DNA of 64,000 nucleotides from an uncultured Lachnospiraceae bacterium (GTDB lineage: Bacteria > Bacillota > Clostridia > Lachnospirales > Lachnospiraceae). Where the stretch lies: the NCBI GenBank assembly GCA_910579465.1, contig CAJTUB010000007.1, forward strand, positions 15,714-79,713, written 5' to 3'. The notes beneath the pieces were generated by a model. The model was not told where the DNA came from. It saw only the letters and a list, made by a program, of their open reading frames with translations, and made no database searches. The position numbers were made by a program, and so were the translations under genes. Position 1 is the stretch's first letter, and each line of letters starts with the position of its first letter. Shown here piece by piece: positions 1 through 9,680 of the stretch.

Positions 1-800
1 AGCGCTCCAGAAGGCCGGAGGATATCCTTGCCGAGATAACAAAGCTGGCAGGGGAGGGCATTGTCGAGGTCATGCTGTTGGGGCAGAATGTGAACTCCTA
101 CGGAAAGACGCTTGATGACCCGGTTAGCTTTGCGGAGCTGCTGAAAAGGGTAGAAGAGGTGGAGGGAATCCGCAGAATCCGTTTTATGACGTCCCATCCG
201 AAGGATTTGTCGGACGAATTGATTGAGGTGATGCGGCAGTCCCGGAAGGTCTGCAGGCATCTGCATCTTCCGATGCAGTCCGGCAGTACGGAAATCCTTT
301 CCCGGATGAACCGGAGATATGGCAAGGAAGACTATCTGGCGTTAGTGGACCGGATAAGGACCGCCATGCCGGATATTTCACTGACGACGGACATTATCGT
401 GGGGTTTCCGGGCGAAACCGAGGAGGATTTCCTTGATACGCTTGATGTAGTAAGACGTGCGGGCTTTGATTCTGCCTATACGTTTTTATATTCCAGACGG
501 ACCGGGACGCCTGCGGCGGCAATGGAGGACCAGGTGCCGGAGGCTGTGGCAAAGGAGCGGTTCAACCGGCTTCTGGCGCTTCTGTCGGAGCAGTCGGCAG
601 GACAGGCCGGGAAGCACACCGGAACGACGGCAGAGGTGTTGGTGGAGGAGCAGAACGAGCAGGAGCCGTCGCTTCTGACCGGGCGCCTCGGAAATAACCT
701 TCTCGTGCATTTTCCGGGCGACGCTTCCCTGGTCGGGCAGTTCGTGCAGGTAAAGCTCTGTGAGTGCAAGGGCTTTTATTATATCGGAAAACAGGTATAG
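1..800 (+). CDS. miaB: tRNA-i6A37 methylthiotransferase MiaB, C-terminal part (5' end outside window)
   Basis: The frame is open from base 3 (RSRRPEDILAEITKLAGEG...), upstream of the tracked ORF. It has LLGQNVNSYGK, RFMTSHPKD and FPGETEEDF core motifs and a C-terminal TRAM-like domain. Confidence 0.85.
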   Translation, partial: RSRRPEDILAEITKLAGEGIVEVMLLGQNVNSYGKTLDDPVSFAELLKRVEEVEGIRRIRFMTSHPKDLSDELIEVMRQSRKVCRHLHLPMQSGSTEILSRMNRRYGKEDYLALVDRIRTAMPDISLTTDIIVGFPGETEEDFLDTLDVVRRAGFDSAYTFLYSRRTGTPAAAMEDQVPEAVAKERFNRLLALLSEQSAGQAGKHTGTTAEVLVEEQNEQEPSLLTGRLGNNLLVHFPGDASLVGQFVQVKLCECKGFYYIGKQV

Positions 801-867
801 CTGCCGGGACGTTCCGAATCGTTAAAAAATGGCTGAAGTGGAATTAAACTTTTCACTTCAGCCAAAA

Positions 868-885
868 AAAATGCGGAAACTCGGT
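868..885 (+). repeat. 18-nt box copy (AAAATGCGGAAACTCGGT) upstream of the rny promoter
   Basis: It lies 9 nt upstream of TTGACA (895-900), a 17-nt spacer, then TAAAAT. Confidence 0.7.
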
Positions 886-972
886 CGGTTATACTTGACA
901 TAAGTTTTAAAAAAGTATAAAATTATTATGTTGTGTTATGTACAATGAAAATTGAATAAAGGAGGTGTTTCC

Positions 973-2532
973 GTGCAAGTAGATTTGGTTGTGCTTATTA
1001 TTGCAATCGTTCTGACTGCGGTTGTAGTTGGACTTGCCTGCTGGTTTCTCGCGATCGGTTACCGCAAGAAATTCGTGGAATCGAAAATCGGTTCTGCAGA
1101 GAGCATGGCAAGGGACATAAAAAATGAGGCATTAAAAGCGGCAGAAGCCATGAAGAAGGAAGCACTGCTCGAAATCAAGGAAGAGAAGCTGAAAACCCAG
1201 AACGAACTGGAGAAGGAAGCGAAAGAGCAGCGTTCTGATTTGCACCGCTACGAGCAGCGTGTCTTATCAAAGGAAGAAGCCATTGATAAGAAAGCCAGTG
1301 CATTGGAAAAAAGGGAAGGCAGGCTGAATGCAAAGGAAGCTGAGCTGGAGAAACTCAGAAACGAAGTAGAAGAGTTTCATCAGAAGCAGTTGCATGAGCT
1401 TGAGAAAATTTCCGGATTAACCTCCGAACAAGCAAAGGAATATCTTATTAAATCTGTTGAGGACGATGTAAAGCATGAAACTGCCATTCTGATTAAGGAG
1501 ATGGACAACCGTGCAAGGGAGGAAGCGGAGAAAAAGGCAAAAGAGTATGTCGTTACCGCTATTCAGAAATGCGCGGCGGACCATGTGGCAGAGTCTACCA
1601 TTTCGGTTGTTCCGCTGCCGAATGACGAAATGAAGGGACGTATTATCGGACGTGAAGGCCGTAATATCCGTACACTCGAAACCTTGACAGGCGTAGAACT
1701 TATCATTGACGACACGCCGGAAGCCGTAGTGCTTTCCGGATTCGATCCGATCCGGAGAGAGGTTGCAAGAATCGCACTGGAGAAGCTGATTATTGACGGC
1801 CGCATTCATCCGGCACGGATAGAAGAAATGGTAGAGAAAGCGCAAAAGGAAGTGGATACCCTGATCCGCGAGGAAGGCGAATCGGCAGCCCTGGAAGTAG
1901 GCGTGCATGGTATCCATCCGGAGCTGATTAAGCTCCTTGGTCGTATGAAGTTCCGTACAAGCTACGGTCAAAATGCATTAAAGCATTCCATTGAAGTTGC
2001 GATTTTATCCGGGCTTCTTGCCGGAGAAATCGGCGTAGACACAAGGCTTGCAAAGCGTGCGGGCCTGCTGCATGATATCGGAAAGTCCGTGGATCATGAA
2101 ATGGAGGGGACCCATGTACAGATTGGCGTTGATTTGTGCCGTAAGTACAAGGAGTCCGCAAATGTAATCAATGCGGTAGAGGCGCACCACGGTGATGTCG
2201 AGCCGCAGACTCTGGTTGCCTGCATTGTACAGGCTGCCGATACGATTTCCGCTGCCCGTCCGGGCGCAAGACGTGAGACGCTTGACGCGTACACCAACAG
2301 ATTGAAACAGTTAGAAGATATTGCCAACAGCTTTAAGGGGGTAGATAAGTCCTTTGCAATCCAGGCAGGAAGAGAAGTACGAGTTATGGTCGTACCGGAA
2401 CAGGTTTCCGACGACGATCTGGTACTGCTTGCCCGTGACTTATCGAAAAAGATTGAATCTGAGCTGGAGTATCCGGGTCAGATTAAGATTAACGTAGTGC
2501 GTGAAACAAGAGTCACAGACTACGCGAAGTAA
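973..2532 (+). CDS. rny: Ribonuclease Y
   Basis: GTG at 973 lies 7 nt after AAAGGAGG (958-965). The protein has an N-terminal TM helix, a coiled coil, a KH motif ([12 protein letters not shown]) and an HD motif (LLHDIGK). Confidence 0.93.
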   Translation: MQVDLVVLIIAIVLTAVVVGLACWFLAIGYRKKFVESKIGSAESMARDIKNEALKAAEAMKKEALLEIKEEKLKTQNELEKEAKEQRSDLHRYEQRVLSKEEAIDKKASALEKREGRLNAKEAELEKLRNEVEEFHQKQLHELEKISGLTSEQAKEYLIKSVEDDVKHETAILIKEMDNRAREEAEKKAKEYVVTAIQKCAADHVAESTISVVPLPNDEMKGRIIGREGRNIRTLETLTGVELIIDDTPEAVVLSGFDPIRREVARIALEKLIIDGRIHPARIEEMVEKAQKEVDTLIREEGESAALEVGVHGIHPELIKLLGRMKFRTSYGQNALKHSIEVAILSGLLAGEIGVDTRLAKRAGLLHDIGKSVDHEMEGTHVQIGVDLCRKYKESANVINAVEAHHGDVEPQTLVACIVQAADTISAARPGARRETLDAYTNRLKQLEDIANSFKGVDKSFAIQAGREVRVMVVPEQVSDDDLVLLARDLSKKIESELEYPGQIKINVVRETRVTDYAK

Positions 2533-2540
2533 GAAGGAAA

Positions 2541-2583
2541 AGAAGCCGTTACATAGAAAAGACTGTGTGACGGCTTCTTTTTG
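2541..2583 (+). terminator. Intrinsic terminator after rny
   Basis: AGAAGCCGT, a loop, then ACGGCTTCT followed by TTTTT. Confidence 0.75.
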
Positions 2584-2595
2584 CAGAAAAACAGG
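2578..2595 (+). repeat. Degenerate 18-nt box copy (TTTTTGCAGAAAAACAGG)
   Basis: It lies 10 nt upstream of TTGCAT (2606-2611), a 17-nt spacer, then TACAAT. It matches about 12 of 18 consensus positions. Confidence 0.4.
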
Positions 2596-2706
2596 GAAAA
2601 AAAGCTTGCATTTTTATATATGATATATTACAATAGGAAAGAAATCTCTGTTCGGTTGTATACAATAATACATTATGGACGGTTGAAAGAAGGAGAGGAA
2701 GAAACT

Positions 2707-3915
2707 ATGTCGCTTACGTTATCAAAGAAAGCACAGGCAGTAAAGCCTTCGTCCACGCTTGCCATCACCGCAAAGGCAAACGAGCTGAGGGCAAAAGGAC
2801 TTGATGTAGTCGGTTTTGGCGCAGGAGAGCCGGATTTTAATACGCCGGACAACATTTGCGAAGCAGCCGTCAATGCAATTCATGCCGGCTTTACAAAATA
2901 TACCCCGGCCTCCGGGACAATGGAGTTAAAGCAGGCAATCTGCAAAAAGTTTGAGCAGTTTAACAGACTGCATTACGAGCCGGCGCAGATTGTGGTAAGT
3001 AACGGAGGAAAGCATTCCTTAACCAATGTATTTTCTGCAATCCTGAATCCGGGAGATGAGGTTATTATTCCGTCTCCGTACTGGCTCAGCTATCCGGAAA
3101 TCGTTCGTCTTGCGGACGGCGTGCCGGTGATTGTACGCTGCGGCAAGGAGCAGAGCTATAAGATAACCGCAGAGCAGCTTGCAGCTGCCTGCACGGAAAA
3201 GACGAAAGCATTTGTACTGAATACGCCGAACAATCCGACCGGCATGATTTATACCAGGGAAGAGCTGGAGGCTCTGGCAAAGGTGATTGTGGAAAAGGAT
3301 ATCTACTGTGTTGCGGACGAGATGTATGAGAACCTGATTTATGAAGGAAATGAGGCGGTCAGCATTGCGTCGCTTAACGAGGAGATTTATAAGAGAACGA
3401 TTACCTGCAGCGGCGTGGCAAAGAGCTATGCCATGACCGGCTGGAGAATCGGCTATACGGGCTCTTCTGCTGAGATTGCAAAGCTGATGGGCAGTGTACA
3501 GAGCCATCAGACCTCCAATCCGAATTCCATTGCGCAGAAGGCGACCGTAGAGGCGCTTTTAGGTCCGCAGGATACGGTAGTTGCAATGAACAAGGAGTTT
3601 GACAGACGCCGGGACTATATGTATGAGCGTATCAGCAAGATGGAGCTGGTAGATGCAATAAGGCCGTTGGGGGCATTTTATATCTTTGTCGATGTCAGCA
3701 GTCTTCTTCCGAGGACCTATAAGGGGGAGAAAATCGGAAGTGTTGGCAGGCTGGCGGAGGTTTTAATCGAGGATTATATGACCGCGGTAATCCCGTGTGC
3801 GGACTTCGGCTTTGACGACCATATCCGTCTGTCCTATGCGATTTCCATGGAGCAGATTAAAAAGGGTCTAGACCGCATTGAGCGCTTTATTAAGGATACA
3901 GAGGAAAGCAAATAG
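2707..3915 (+). CDS. Class I PLP-dependent aminotransferase (aspartate aminotransferase-like)
   Basis: ATG at 2707 follows GAAGGAGAGG. Motifs include GAGEPDFNTP, the NPTG motif and SKSYAMTGWRIGY (PLP lysine). The tracked start at 2581 lies inside the promoter region. Confidence 0.88.
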   Translation: MSLTLSKKAQAVKPSSTLAITAKANELRAKGLDVVGFGAGEPDFNTPDNICEAAVNAIHAGFTKYTPASGTMELKQAICKKFEQFNRLHYEPAQIVVSNGGKHSLTNVFSAILNPGDEVIIPSPYWLSYPEIVRLADGVPVIVRCGKEQSYKITAEQLAAACTEKTKAFVLNTPNNPTGMIYTREELEALAKVIVEKDIYCVADEMYENLIYEGNEAVSIASLNEEIYKRTITCSGVAKSYAMTGWRIGYTGSSAEIAKLMGSVQSHQTSNPNSIAQKATVEALLGPQDTVVAMNKEFDRRRDYMYERISKMELVDAIRPLGAFYIFVDVSSLLPRTYKGEKIGSVGRLAEVLIEDYMTAVIPCADFGFDDHIRLSYAISMEQIKKGLDRIERFIKDTEESK

Positions 3916-3940
3916 AAACAAAAAGAAGGAAACCCGGGTT

Positions 3941-3978
3941 CCCGGAGCTTTGTAAAAGAGGCTCCGGGACTTTTTATT
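3941..3978 (+). terminator. Intrinsic terminator after the aminotransferase gene
   Basis: CCCGGAGC, a 12-nt loop, then GCTCCGGG followed by ACTTTTTATTT. Confidence 0.75.
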
Positions 3979-4039
3979 TCATTTTTTGGGGCAGCAGGAA
4001 GAGCGTGAAATTAGTATATAAAAACTTTTGTAAAGATAG

Positions 4040-4087
4040 TTGACAAATGTGTCTACATAATGTAAACTAAAGATAATCTACATGTAG
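4040..4087 (+). promoter_or_regulatory. blaI-blaR1-like operon promoter with two TACA/TGTA operators
   Basis: TTGACA (4040-4045), a 17-nt spacer, then TAAACT (4063-4068). The palindromes are TACATAATGTA (4054-4064) and CTACATGTAG (4078-4087). Confidence 0.6.
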
Positions 4088-4132
4088 TAAACCAACGTAG
4101 GGGAGTAAGGAATAAGAAAAAGGAGTAATGTC

Positions 4133-4501
4133 ATGTCAGAAATCCAATTAGGTACGGTAGAGTCGCAGTTTGCGGATATTATCTGGGAGCATGAGCCGGT
4201 GCATTCGCGCGAAGTCGTAAGGCTTGCGGAGGAAAGGCTGAACTGGAAGAAGTCAACTACCTATACGGTGCTGCGGCGGCTTTGTGAGAAGGGGATTTTT
4301 AAAAATGATAACAGCATTGTTTCCGCTGTGATGTCAAGGGCGGAGTTTTATTCGATGCAGAGCGAGATGTTTGTACAGGAGACCTTTGACGGCTCCCTTC
4401 CGGCATTTCTTGCCGCATTTACCGCGAGGAAGGGAAGATTATCGCCGGAGGAGGTTAAGGAGCTGCGCCGCATGGTGGCAGAGTATGAGGAGGAAGTATG
4501 A
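4133..4501 (+). CDS. BlaI/MecI/CopY-family winged-helix repressor
   Basis: 122 aa. WKKSTTYTVLRRLCEKG is typical of the family. The gene overlaps the downstream M56 gene by 4 nt. Confidence 0.88.
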   Translation: MSEIQLGTVESQFADIIWEHEPVHSREVVRLAEERLNWKKSTTYTVLRRLCEKGIFKNDNSIVSAVMSRAEFYSMQSEMFVQETFDGSLPAFLAAFTARKGRLSPEEVKELRRMVAEYEEEV

Positions 4502-6897
4502 CAGGAGAACTTTTTTTAACGCTTCTCAACAGGAGCATTAACGCAGGCTGGCTTGTCCTGGCGGTCCTGGCGCTGCGCCTGCTGTTCCGCAGGGCGCCGA
4601 AGGCTTTCTTTACCGCACTGTGGCTGTTAGTCGGTATCCGGCTGCTGTGTCCGTTTTCCTTTGAAAGCAGGTTCAGCCTGCTCCGGACCGCGGAGCCGGT
4701 AGCGCCGGAGCTGTTTTCTTCCGGGTTCCCTGCCGGGAAGGAAACGCTGCCCGGGGGCTCCGGCAGCTTTACGGAGCAGCCCCCGGCGTCAGAAGTGCCG
4801 GACGCTTTTGGGAAAACAGACGGGGTGCAGGGGACGCCTGCGCAAAGCGGCGGGAATGCAGCGGGCGCGGACGGGAGTAGTGCCGCAGGGAAGGACGGCA
4901 ATAGGACGCATTCGTTTTCCGTTCTGGAAGCGGTGTCCGTCGTCTGGCTTGCCGGTCTGGCAGGAATGCTGCTTTACGGCGCCCTCAGCTACCGGAGGAT
5001 TGCCCGCAGGGTAAAGGAGTCCGTCCCGCTTACGGGGAATGTCCGGCTTTGTGACGGTATCGGAAGCCCGTTTATCCTCGGCATTTTCCGGCCGCGGATT
5101 TATCTGCCCTCCGATTTAAACGAAGCGGACAGGGTTTATGTACTGGCACATGAGACGGCGCATCTGAAGTGCGGCGACCATATCTGGAAGCCGCTCGGCT
5201 TTCTGCTGCTTTCCGTGTACTGGTTCCATCCGCTTTTGTGGGTTTCCTATTCTCTGCTCTGCCGCGATATCGAGCTCGCCTGCGACGAAAGGGTGATAAA
5301 GGAGCTTGGGACAGAAAGCAGGAAATCCTATTCCACGGCACTGATTAACTGCAGTATCCCGCGCAGGATGCTGGCGGTATGCCCGTTAGCGTTCGGCGAG
5401 GTGAGTGTGAAAAGGAGGATAACATCGGTGTTACATTACAAAAAACCAGCCTTTTGGATTATTATCGCCGCCGCAGTCGTCTTTCTTGGTGTGGGGATTG
5501 GTTTCTTAAGCAATCCAAAGAAGGAAACGTCCGTTCAGGATATCATCGACTGGAAGGATAGCGCGCTGGAGGAGGCAATGCGGCATATAACCGGAATTAC
5601 GGACCGTCCGCTTACCTGGGAAGATGTGAAGCATATTACGGAGCTGGATTTGTCCGGCGCCGGGATTACGGATGTCAGTGCATTGGCAGGGCTTACAGGG
5701 CTTACGACACTGAAGCTTTCCGATAACGGGGCGTCCGTGTTCCGGAAATTGGAGCTTGGTACGTTGGAGGGACTTACCTCCCTTACTACCCTTGATTTAA
5801 GCAACAACGGGCTTACGACTGCCGATCTCGGAGCCCTCCCGCCGCTTGAAAACCTTACATCGTTGAATCTGAGCGGGAATCTGCTTACGGATGTCAAAAG
5901 CCTTGCAGTATCGCATTTTCCGGCGCTTACGACCTTAGATGTAAGTGAAAATGAGCTTACCGGCGCGGGCGGCTTAGGGCAGCTTCTTGGCCTTACTTCA
6001 TTGGATGTCAGCCAGAACCAACTCTTTACCGCAGACGGGGTTTCCAGCCTTAAAAATCTTAAGGAGCTGAAGCTTAGCGGGAACCGGGGGCTTGATTTGA
6101 AAGAGCTGTCCGGTCTTACGGAGCTTACCCTGCTGGATTTGAGCAGGAACAAGGAGCTTAAGCTTTCGGGGCTGCCGGAGCTTACAAAGCTTACGACACT
6201 GGACCTGAGCTTTAACGGGCTGACGGATATCAGCAGCCTTTCAAGGCTTCCGGCGCTTACAAGTCTGGAGCTGAGCTATAATAAGCCGGCGGACCTTTCC
6301 GTGCTGTCCGGTCTTACGAAGCTTAACGAGCTGCATTTAAGCGGGAACGGAATGACCGATACCAATGCGCTTTCCGGTTTTACGAGCCTTACCGTACTGG
6401 ATCTTAATGATAATGCACTGACGGATATCAGCGGCCTTTCAAAGCTTACGAATCTGAAAAGGCTGCTTCTCAGCCATAACGAACAGGCGGATTTCAGCAG
6501 TCTTTCCGGTCTTACGAATCTTACCTGTCTGTATCTGATGGGAAACGGGCTGACCGACATCAGCTTCCTGTCAGGGCTTACCGGGCTTACGGAATTAAGC
6601 TTATGCGATAACGGGCTGACCGACATTGAAAGCCTGTCGGAGCTGAAAAAGCTCCAGGTGCTGCTGTTAGCCGGTAATCAGCTGACGGATATCAGCGTCC
6701 TTTCGGGGCTCACGAGGCTTAACTGGCTGTCCCTGAGCGACAATGAAATTACGGAGGTTGACAGTCTCGCGGGACTTACGGAGCTTACCACGCTGGCATT
6801 GGAGCGGAACCGGATTGAGGATGTCAGTGCCCTTTCCGGGCTTACTCGCACCAGCAAGTGGCTGGACGGGAATGACATTAAGGTATGGCAGAAATAG
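4498..6897 (+). CDS. BlaR1/MecR1-type M56 metalloprotease homolog with a C-terminal leucine-rich-repeat ectodomain
   Basis: N-terminal TM helices, an HEXXH motif (LAHETAHLKCGDH), a further TM helix, then about 19-20 units of about 22 aa of the LxxLxLxxNxLTDISxLSGLT type. Confidence 0.85.
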   Translation: MTGELFLTLLNRSINAGWLVLAVLALRLLFRRAPKAFFTALWLLVGIRLLCPFSFESRFSLLRTAEPVAPELFSSGFPAGKETLPGGSGSFTEQPPASEVPDAFGKTDGVQGTPAQSGGNAAGADGSSAAGKDGNRTHSFSVLEAVSVVWLAGLAGMLLYGALSYRRIARRVKESVPLTGNVRLCDGIGSPFILGIFRPRIYLPSDLNEADRVYVLAHETAHLKCGDHIWKPLGFLLLSVYWFHPLLWVSYSLLCRDIELACDERVIKELGTESRKSYSTALINCSIPRRMLAVCPLAFGEVSVKRRITSVLHYKKPAFWIIIAAAVVFLGVGIGFLSNPKKETSVQDIIDWKDSALEEAMRHITGITDRPLTWEDVKHITELDLSGAGITDVSALAGLTGLTTLKLSDNGASVFRKLELGTLEGLTSLTTLDLSNNGLTTADLGALPPLENLTSLNLSGNLLTDVKSLAVSHFPALTTLDVSENELTGAGGLGQLLGLTSLDVSQNQLFTADGVSSLKNLKELKLSGNRGLDLKELSGLTELTLLDLSRNKELKLSGLPELTKLTTLDLSFNGLTDISSLSRLPALTSLELSYNKPADLSVLSGLTKLNELHLSGNGMTDTNALSGFTSLTVLDLNDNALTDISGLSKLTNLKRLLLSHNEQADFSSLSGLTNLTCLYLMGNGLTDISFLSGLTGLTELSLCDNGLTDIESLSELKKLQVLLLAGNQLTDISVLSGLTRLNWLSLSDNEITEVDSLAGLTELTTLALERNRIEDVSALSGLTRTSKWLDGNDIKVWQK
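5638..6870 (+). repeat. Coding tandem array of about 66-bp LRR units
   Basis: GCTTAC/GGGCTTAC...CTGAGC strings recur periodically, translating to LSGLTxLTxLDLSxN. Confidence 0.75.
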
Positions 6898-7173
6898 TCT
6901 GCCGCGGTAACAGGGAAACGTTGACAAAGGCGCGTCCCAATCTTCATAAATAGATATTCCGGGGGTGCCGCCCGATGGAGAAACGTTCTCTGTCGGAGTG
7001 GCAGCCCTGTTTTTATACGCGCGGTTTTGCATTTTGTATGCCGTATTCCGGGACATTTAAGACCGCTGGAAAAATAGTCTGAAATTATCACTGCGGGGAT
7101 TGACGGCATAAAAACCTCATGTTACGATAAAGGGAGCAGGGGAGAATGCCCTGCTAAAGAGAGAGGAGACACC

Positions 7174-8685
7174 ATGAAATACAACAGGAAAAAGCAGCAG
7201 GATATCATCAAAAGGCGGCAGCTTCGCATAGCTTTGCTGATTATGGCAATGCTTTTTACCGTCATGGCGGCAGGCTGCTCAGAAAAGCCGTCGGAGGAGG
7301 ACGGAGTACCGACCGGTACGGCATTTACCCCGTCCGGCACTGGCGGGTATGTGACCTTTACCGGAAACATAGTAGAAATTTCCGAAGCCGGGGTAGGCGA
7401 TACGGTACGGTTCGGAAGCTATGAGCAGGATAACGATACAAGCAACGGCGCGGAAGCCATCGAGTGGCTCATACTGGATAAGCAGGACGGAAAGCTTTTG
7501 TTGCTCAGTAAGAATGCGCTGGAATGTAAAAAGTACAATGAAGAATCTGTAAAAGTGACCTGGGAGACGTGTACCTTAAGGGACTGGCTGAACAGTACGT
7601 TCTACACGACTGCCTTCAGCACGGTGGAGCAGGAAAGAATCGAGACGACGAAGGTAAGGAACGAGGATAACACGAAATATTGGAGAACCAGAGGTGGAAA
7701 CGATACGGAGGACAAGGTGTTCCTTCTTAGTATCAGGGAAGCAAAGAGTTACTTTGATTCATTCTCTGCGCGCTGTACCAAGGTAACGGCGTATGCCAAG
7801 GCGCAGGGCGCATCTGCCAACAACGAAGGGAACGGGTGGTGGTGGCTCCGGTCGCCTGGTATTTCTGGTCGCAATGCCGCGTTCATCAACATCAACAGCA
7901 GCTACGTCGTGAGTGGTAGCAGAATCGACCGTGAAGGTGGCAGTGTCCGCCCCGCTTTCTGGTTGAATCCGGAATCCGCGTCGCCTGTCTCTACCCCGGA
8001 GCCGACCCCGTCTGGTACGGCATTTACCCCGTCCGGTACCGGCGGGAGCGTGACCTTTACCGGAAACACGGTAGAAATCTCCAAAGCCAACGTCGGCGAT
8101 ACGGTAAGGTTCGGAAGCTATGAGCAGGACAACGATACAAGCAACGGCGCGGAAGCCATCGAGTGGCTCGTACTGGATAAGCAGGACGGGAAGCTCCTGC
8201 TGTTAAGTAAATATGTGTTGGATGCAAAGCCTTACAATGAAGAATGGGTAGATGTGACCTGGGAGACGTGTACGCTGCGGAGCTGGCTGAACAGTACGTT
8301 CTGCACGACCGTGTTCAGCAAGGCTGAACAGGGACGTATCGCGACGGCGAAGGTAAAGAACGGGGATAACCCGGAATACGGCACGGAGGGGGAAACTACG
8401 GAGGATAAGGTATTCCTGCTTAGTATCGGGGAAGCAATGCGTTATTTCGACCCAGACCTGGAGATAGATGACCCTGCGCGCCGCGCCAAGGTGACGGCAT
8501 ATGCCGAGGCACAGGACGCATATGTCAACAGTGCCGGGATCGGGTGGTGGTGGCTCCGGTCGCCGGGTCGTGATAACCGTGCCGCGGGCGTCTACGGCGA
8601 CGGCTACCTCCGCATGAGTGGCTACGGTGTCGGCAATGGAGATGGGGGCGTCCGCCCCGCTTTCTGGTTGAATCCGGAATCTTAG
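7174..8685 (+). CDS. Lipoprotein with two tandem copies of a GWWWLRSPG-type (DUF6273-like) domain
   Basis: Lipobox MAAGC. There are two units of about 233 aa, each containing FGSYEQDNDTSNGAEAIEWL, WWWLRSPG and VRPAFWLNPES. Confidence 0.8.
   Translation: MKYNRKKQQDIIKRRQLRIALLIMAMLFTVMAAGCSEKPSEEDGVPTGTAFTPSGTGGYVTFTGNIVEISEAGVGDTVRFGSYEQDNDTSNGAEAIEWLILDKQDGKLLLLSKNALECKKYNEESVKVTWETCTLRDWLNSTFYTTAFSTVEQERIETTKVRNEDNTKYWRTRGGNDTEDKVFLLSIREAKSYFDSFSARCTKVTAYAKAQGASANNEGNGWWWLRSPGISGRNAAFININSSYVVSGSRIDREGGSVRPAFWLNPESASPVSTPEPTPSGTAFTPSGTGGSVTFTGNTVEISKANVGDTVRFGSYEQDNDTSNGAEAIEWLVLDKQDGKLLLLSKYVLDAKPYNEEWVDVTWETCTLRSWLNSTFCTTVFSKAEQGRIATAKVKNGDNPEYGTEGETTEDKVFLLSIGEAMRYFDPDLEIDDPARRAKVTAYAEAQDAYVNSAGIGWWWLRSPGRDNRAAGVYGDGYLRMSGYGVGNGDGGVRPAFWLNPES
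7315..8682 (+). repeat. In-frame tandem duplication, period 699 bp
   Basis: GGTACGGCATTTACCCCGTCCGG at 7315 recurs at 8014. The first ~185 nt of each unit are near-identical and later parts are more diverged. Confidence 0.85.
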
Positions 8686-8803
8686 CTCTTCGCCGTGTTT
8701 CCTGTACTTCAGTTTCCTGTATCCTTGACACGGTTTTATGATACCGATATAATAGGGGTAAGAGAACGCCGCCGGACAGGCGGCAGAGGAAAGGACGAGT
8801 GTG

Positions 8804-9601
8804 ATGAGAATCGGTGTGATTGGCGCAGGTAATATGGGGTATCCGATGTTGTGTGGTGCGGTTAAGGTCTTTGGCGAGGAGAATGTATGCTTTACCTGTA
8901 TGGGTGAGGCAGAGAAGGCGCGTGCCGCCGCCACGGGAGCTGTTTACCAGCCGGGGAACGCGGAGCTTGTAATGGCTTCGGATATGATTGTGCTTGCCAT
9001 AAAGCCGTATGTTTATGATACGGTGCTGGCAGAGATAAAAGGAAAGCTGAAGGACGGCGCGATTGTGATTACGATTGCCGCCGGGATTACAATTTCTTAC
9101 ATAAAAGAGGTGCTTGGCGGGCAGATTAAGGTTATCCGCGTTATGCCGAATACCCCTGCGATGGTAGGGGAGGGGATGTCCGCGGTTACTTTTGATGAGG
9201 AGGCGGGCTTTACGGCAGAGGAAAGGTCTGCTATCGGAGACTTTTTTGATTCCTTCGGAAGCTATGTGGAGCTTCCGGAGTCCTTGCAGGATGCGGCAAT
9301 TCCGGCTTCCGGCAGCTCCTCGGCATTTGTCTATGTGTTTATTGAGGCAATGGCGGACGCTGCGGTCCTTTGCGGAATTCCGCGGGAGACTGCCTATAAA
9401 ATGACTGCACAGACCGTACTTGGTGCGGCAAAGATGGTGCTAGAGACAGGGGAGCATCCGGGAAAGCTAAAGGACAATGTCTGTACGCCGGGCGGGACGA
9501 CGATCGAGGGTATCCGTGCATTAGAGGAGAGCGGCTTCCGCAGTGCGGTAATGGAAGCCTGTATTGCGACGTTTGACAAGGTGAAGTCCATGAAAAAATA
9601 G
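8804..9601 (+). CDS. proC: Pyrroline-5-carboxylate reductase
   Basis: MRIGVIGAGNMG Rossmann start and a MPNTPAMVGEG motif. Confidence 0.9.
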   Translation: MRIGVIGAGNMGYPMLCGAVKVFGEENVCFTCMGEAEKARAAATGAVYQPGNAELVMASDMIVLAIKPYVYDTVLAEIKGKLKDGAIVITIAAGITISYIKEVLGGQIKVIRVMPNTPAMVGEGMSAVTFDEEAGFTAEERSAIGDFFDSFGSYVELPESLQDAAIPASGSSSAFVYVFIEAMADAAVLCGIPRETAYKMTAQTVLGAAKMVLETGEHPGKLKDNVCTPGGTTIEGIRALEESGFRSAVMEACIATFDKVKSMKK

Positions 9602-9680
9602 ATGGAATAGGCGGTCAGGAAAAGAAGGAAGCCGGACGAAGGGAACCGGACGGGTTCAGAAAGGCAGAGAGGAGTATGAG

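Noticed and set aside
831-863. The hairpin GGCTGAAGTG...CACTTCAGCC after miaB might be an intrinsic terminator.
   Set aside because: On the plus strand it is followed by an A run rather than a T run, and the U tract exists only on the minus strand. I did not call it as a canonical terminator, though it may still pause or stabilise the transcript.
5638-6870. A regular repeat of about 66 bp could be mistaken for a CRISPR-like or satellite array.
   Set aside because: The repeats lie in frame inside one long ORF, translate to canonical LRR units, and have no unique spacers.
7020-7110. TTTGCATTTTGTATG and AAAATAGTCTGAAATTATCA upstream of the lipoprotein promoter might be further copies of the 18-nt box. 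Weak matches also occur at 45330-45350 and 52640-52670.
   Set aside because: Too few positions match without invoking indels, so counting them would inflate the family.
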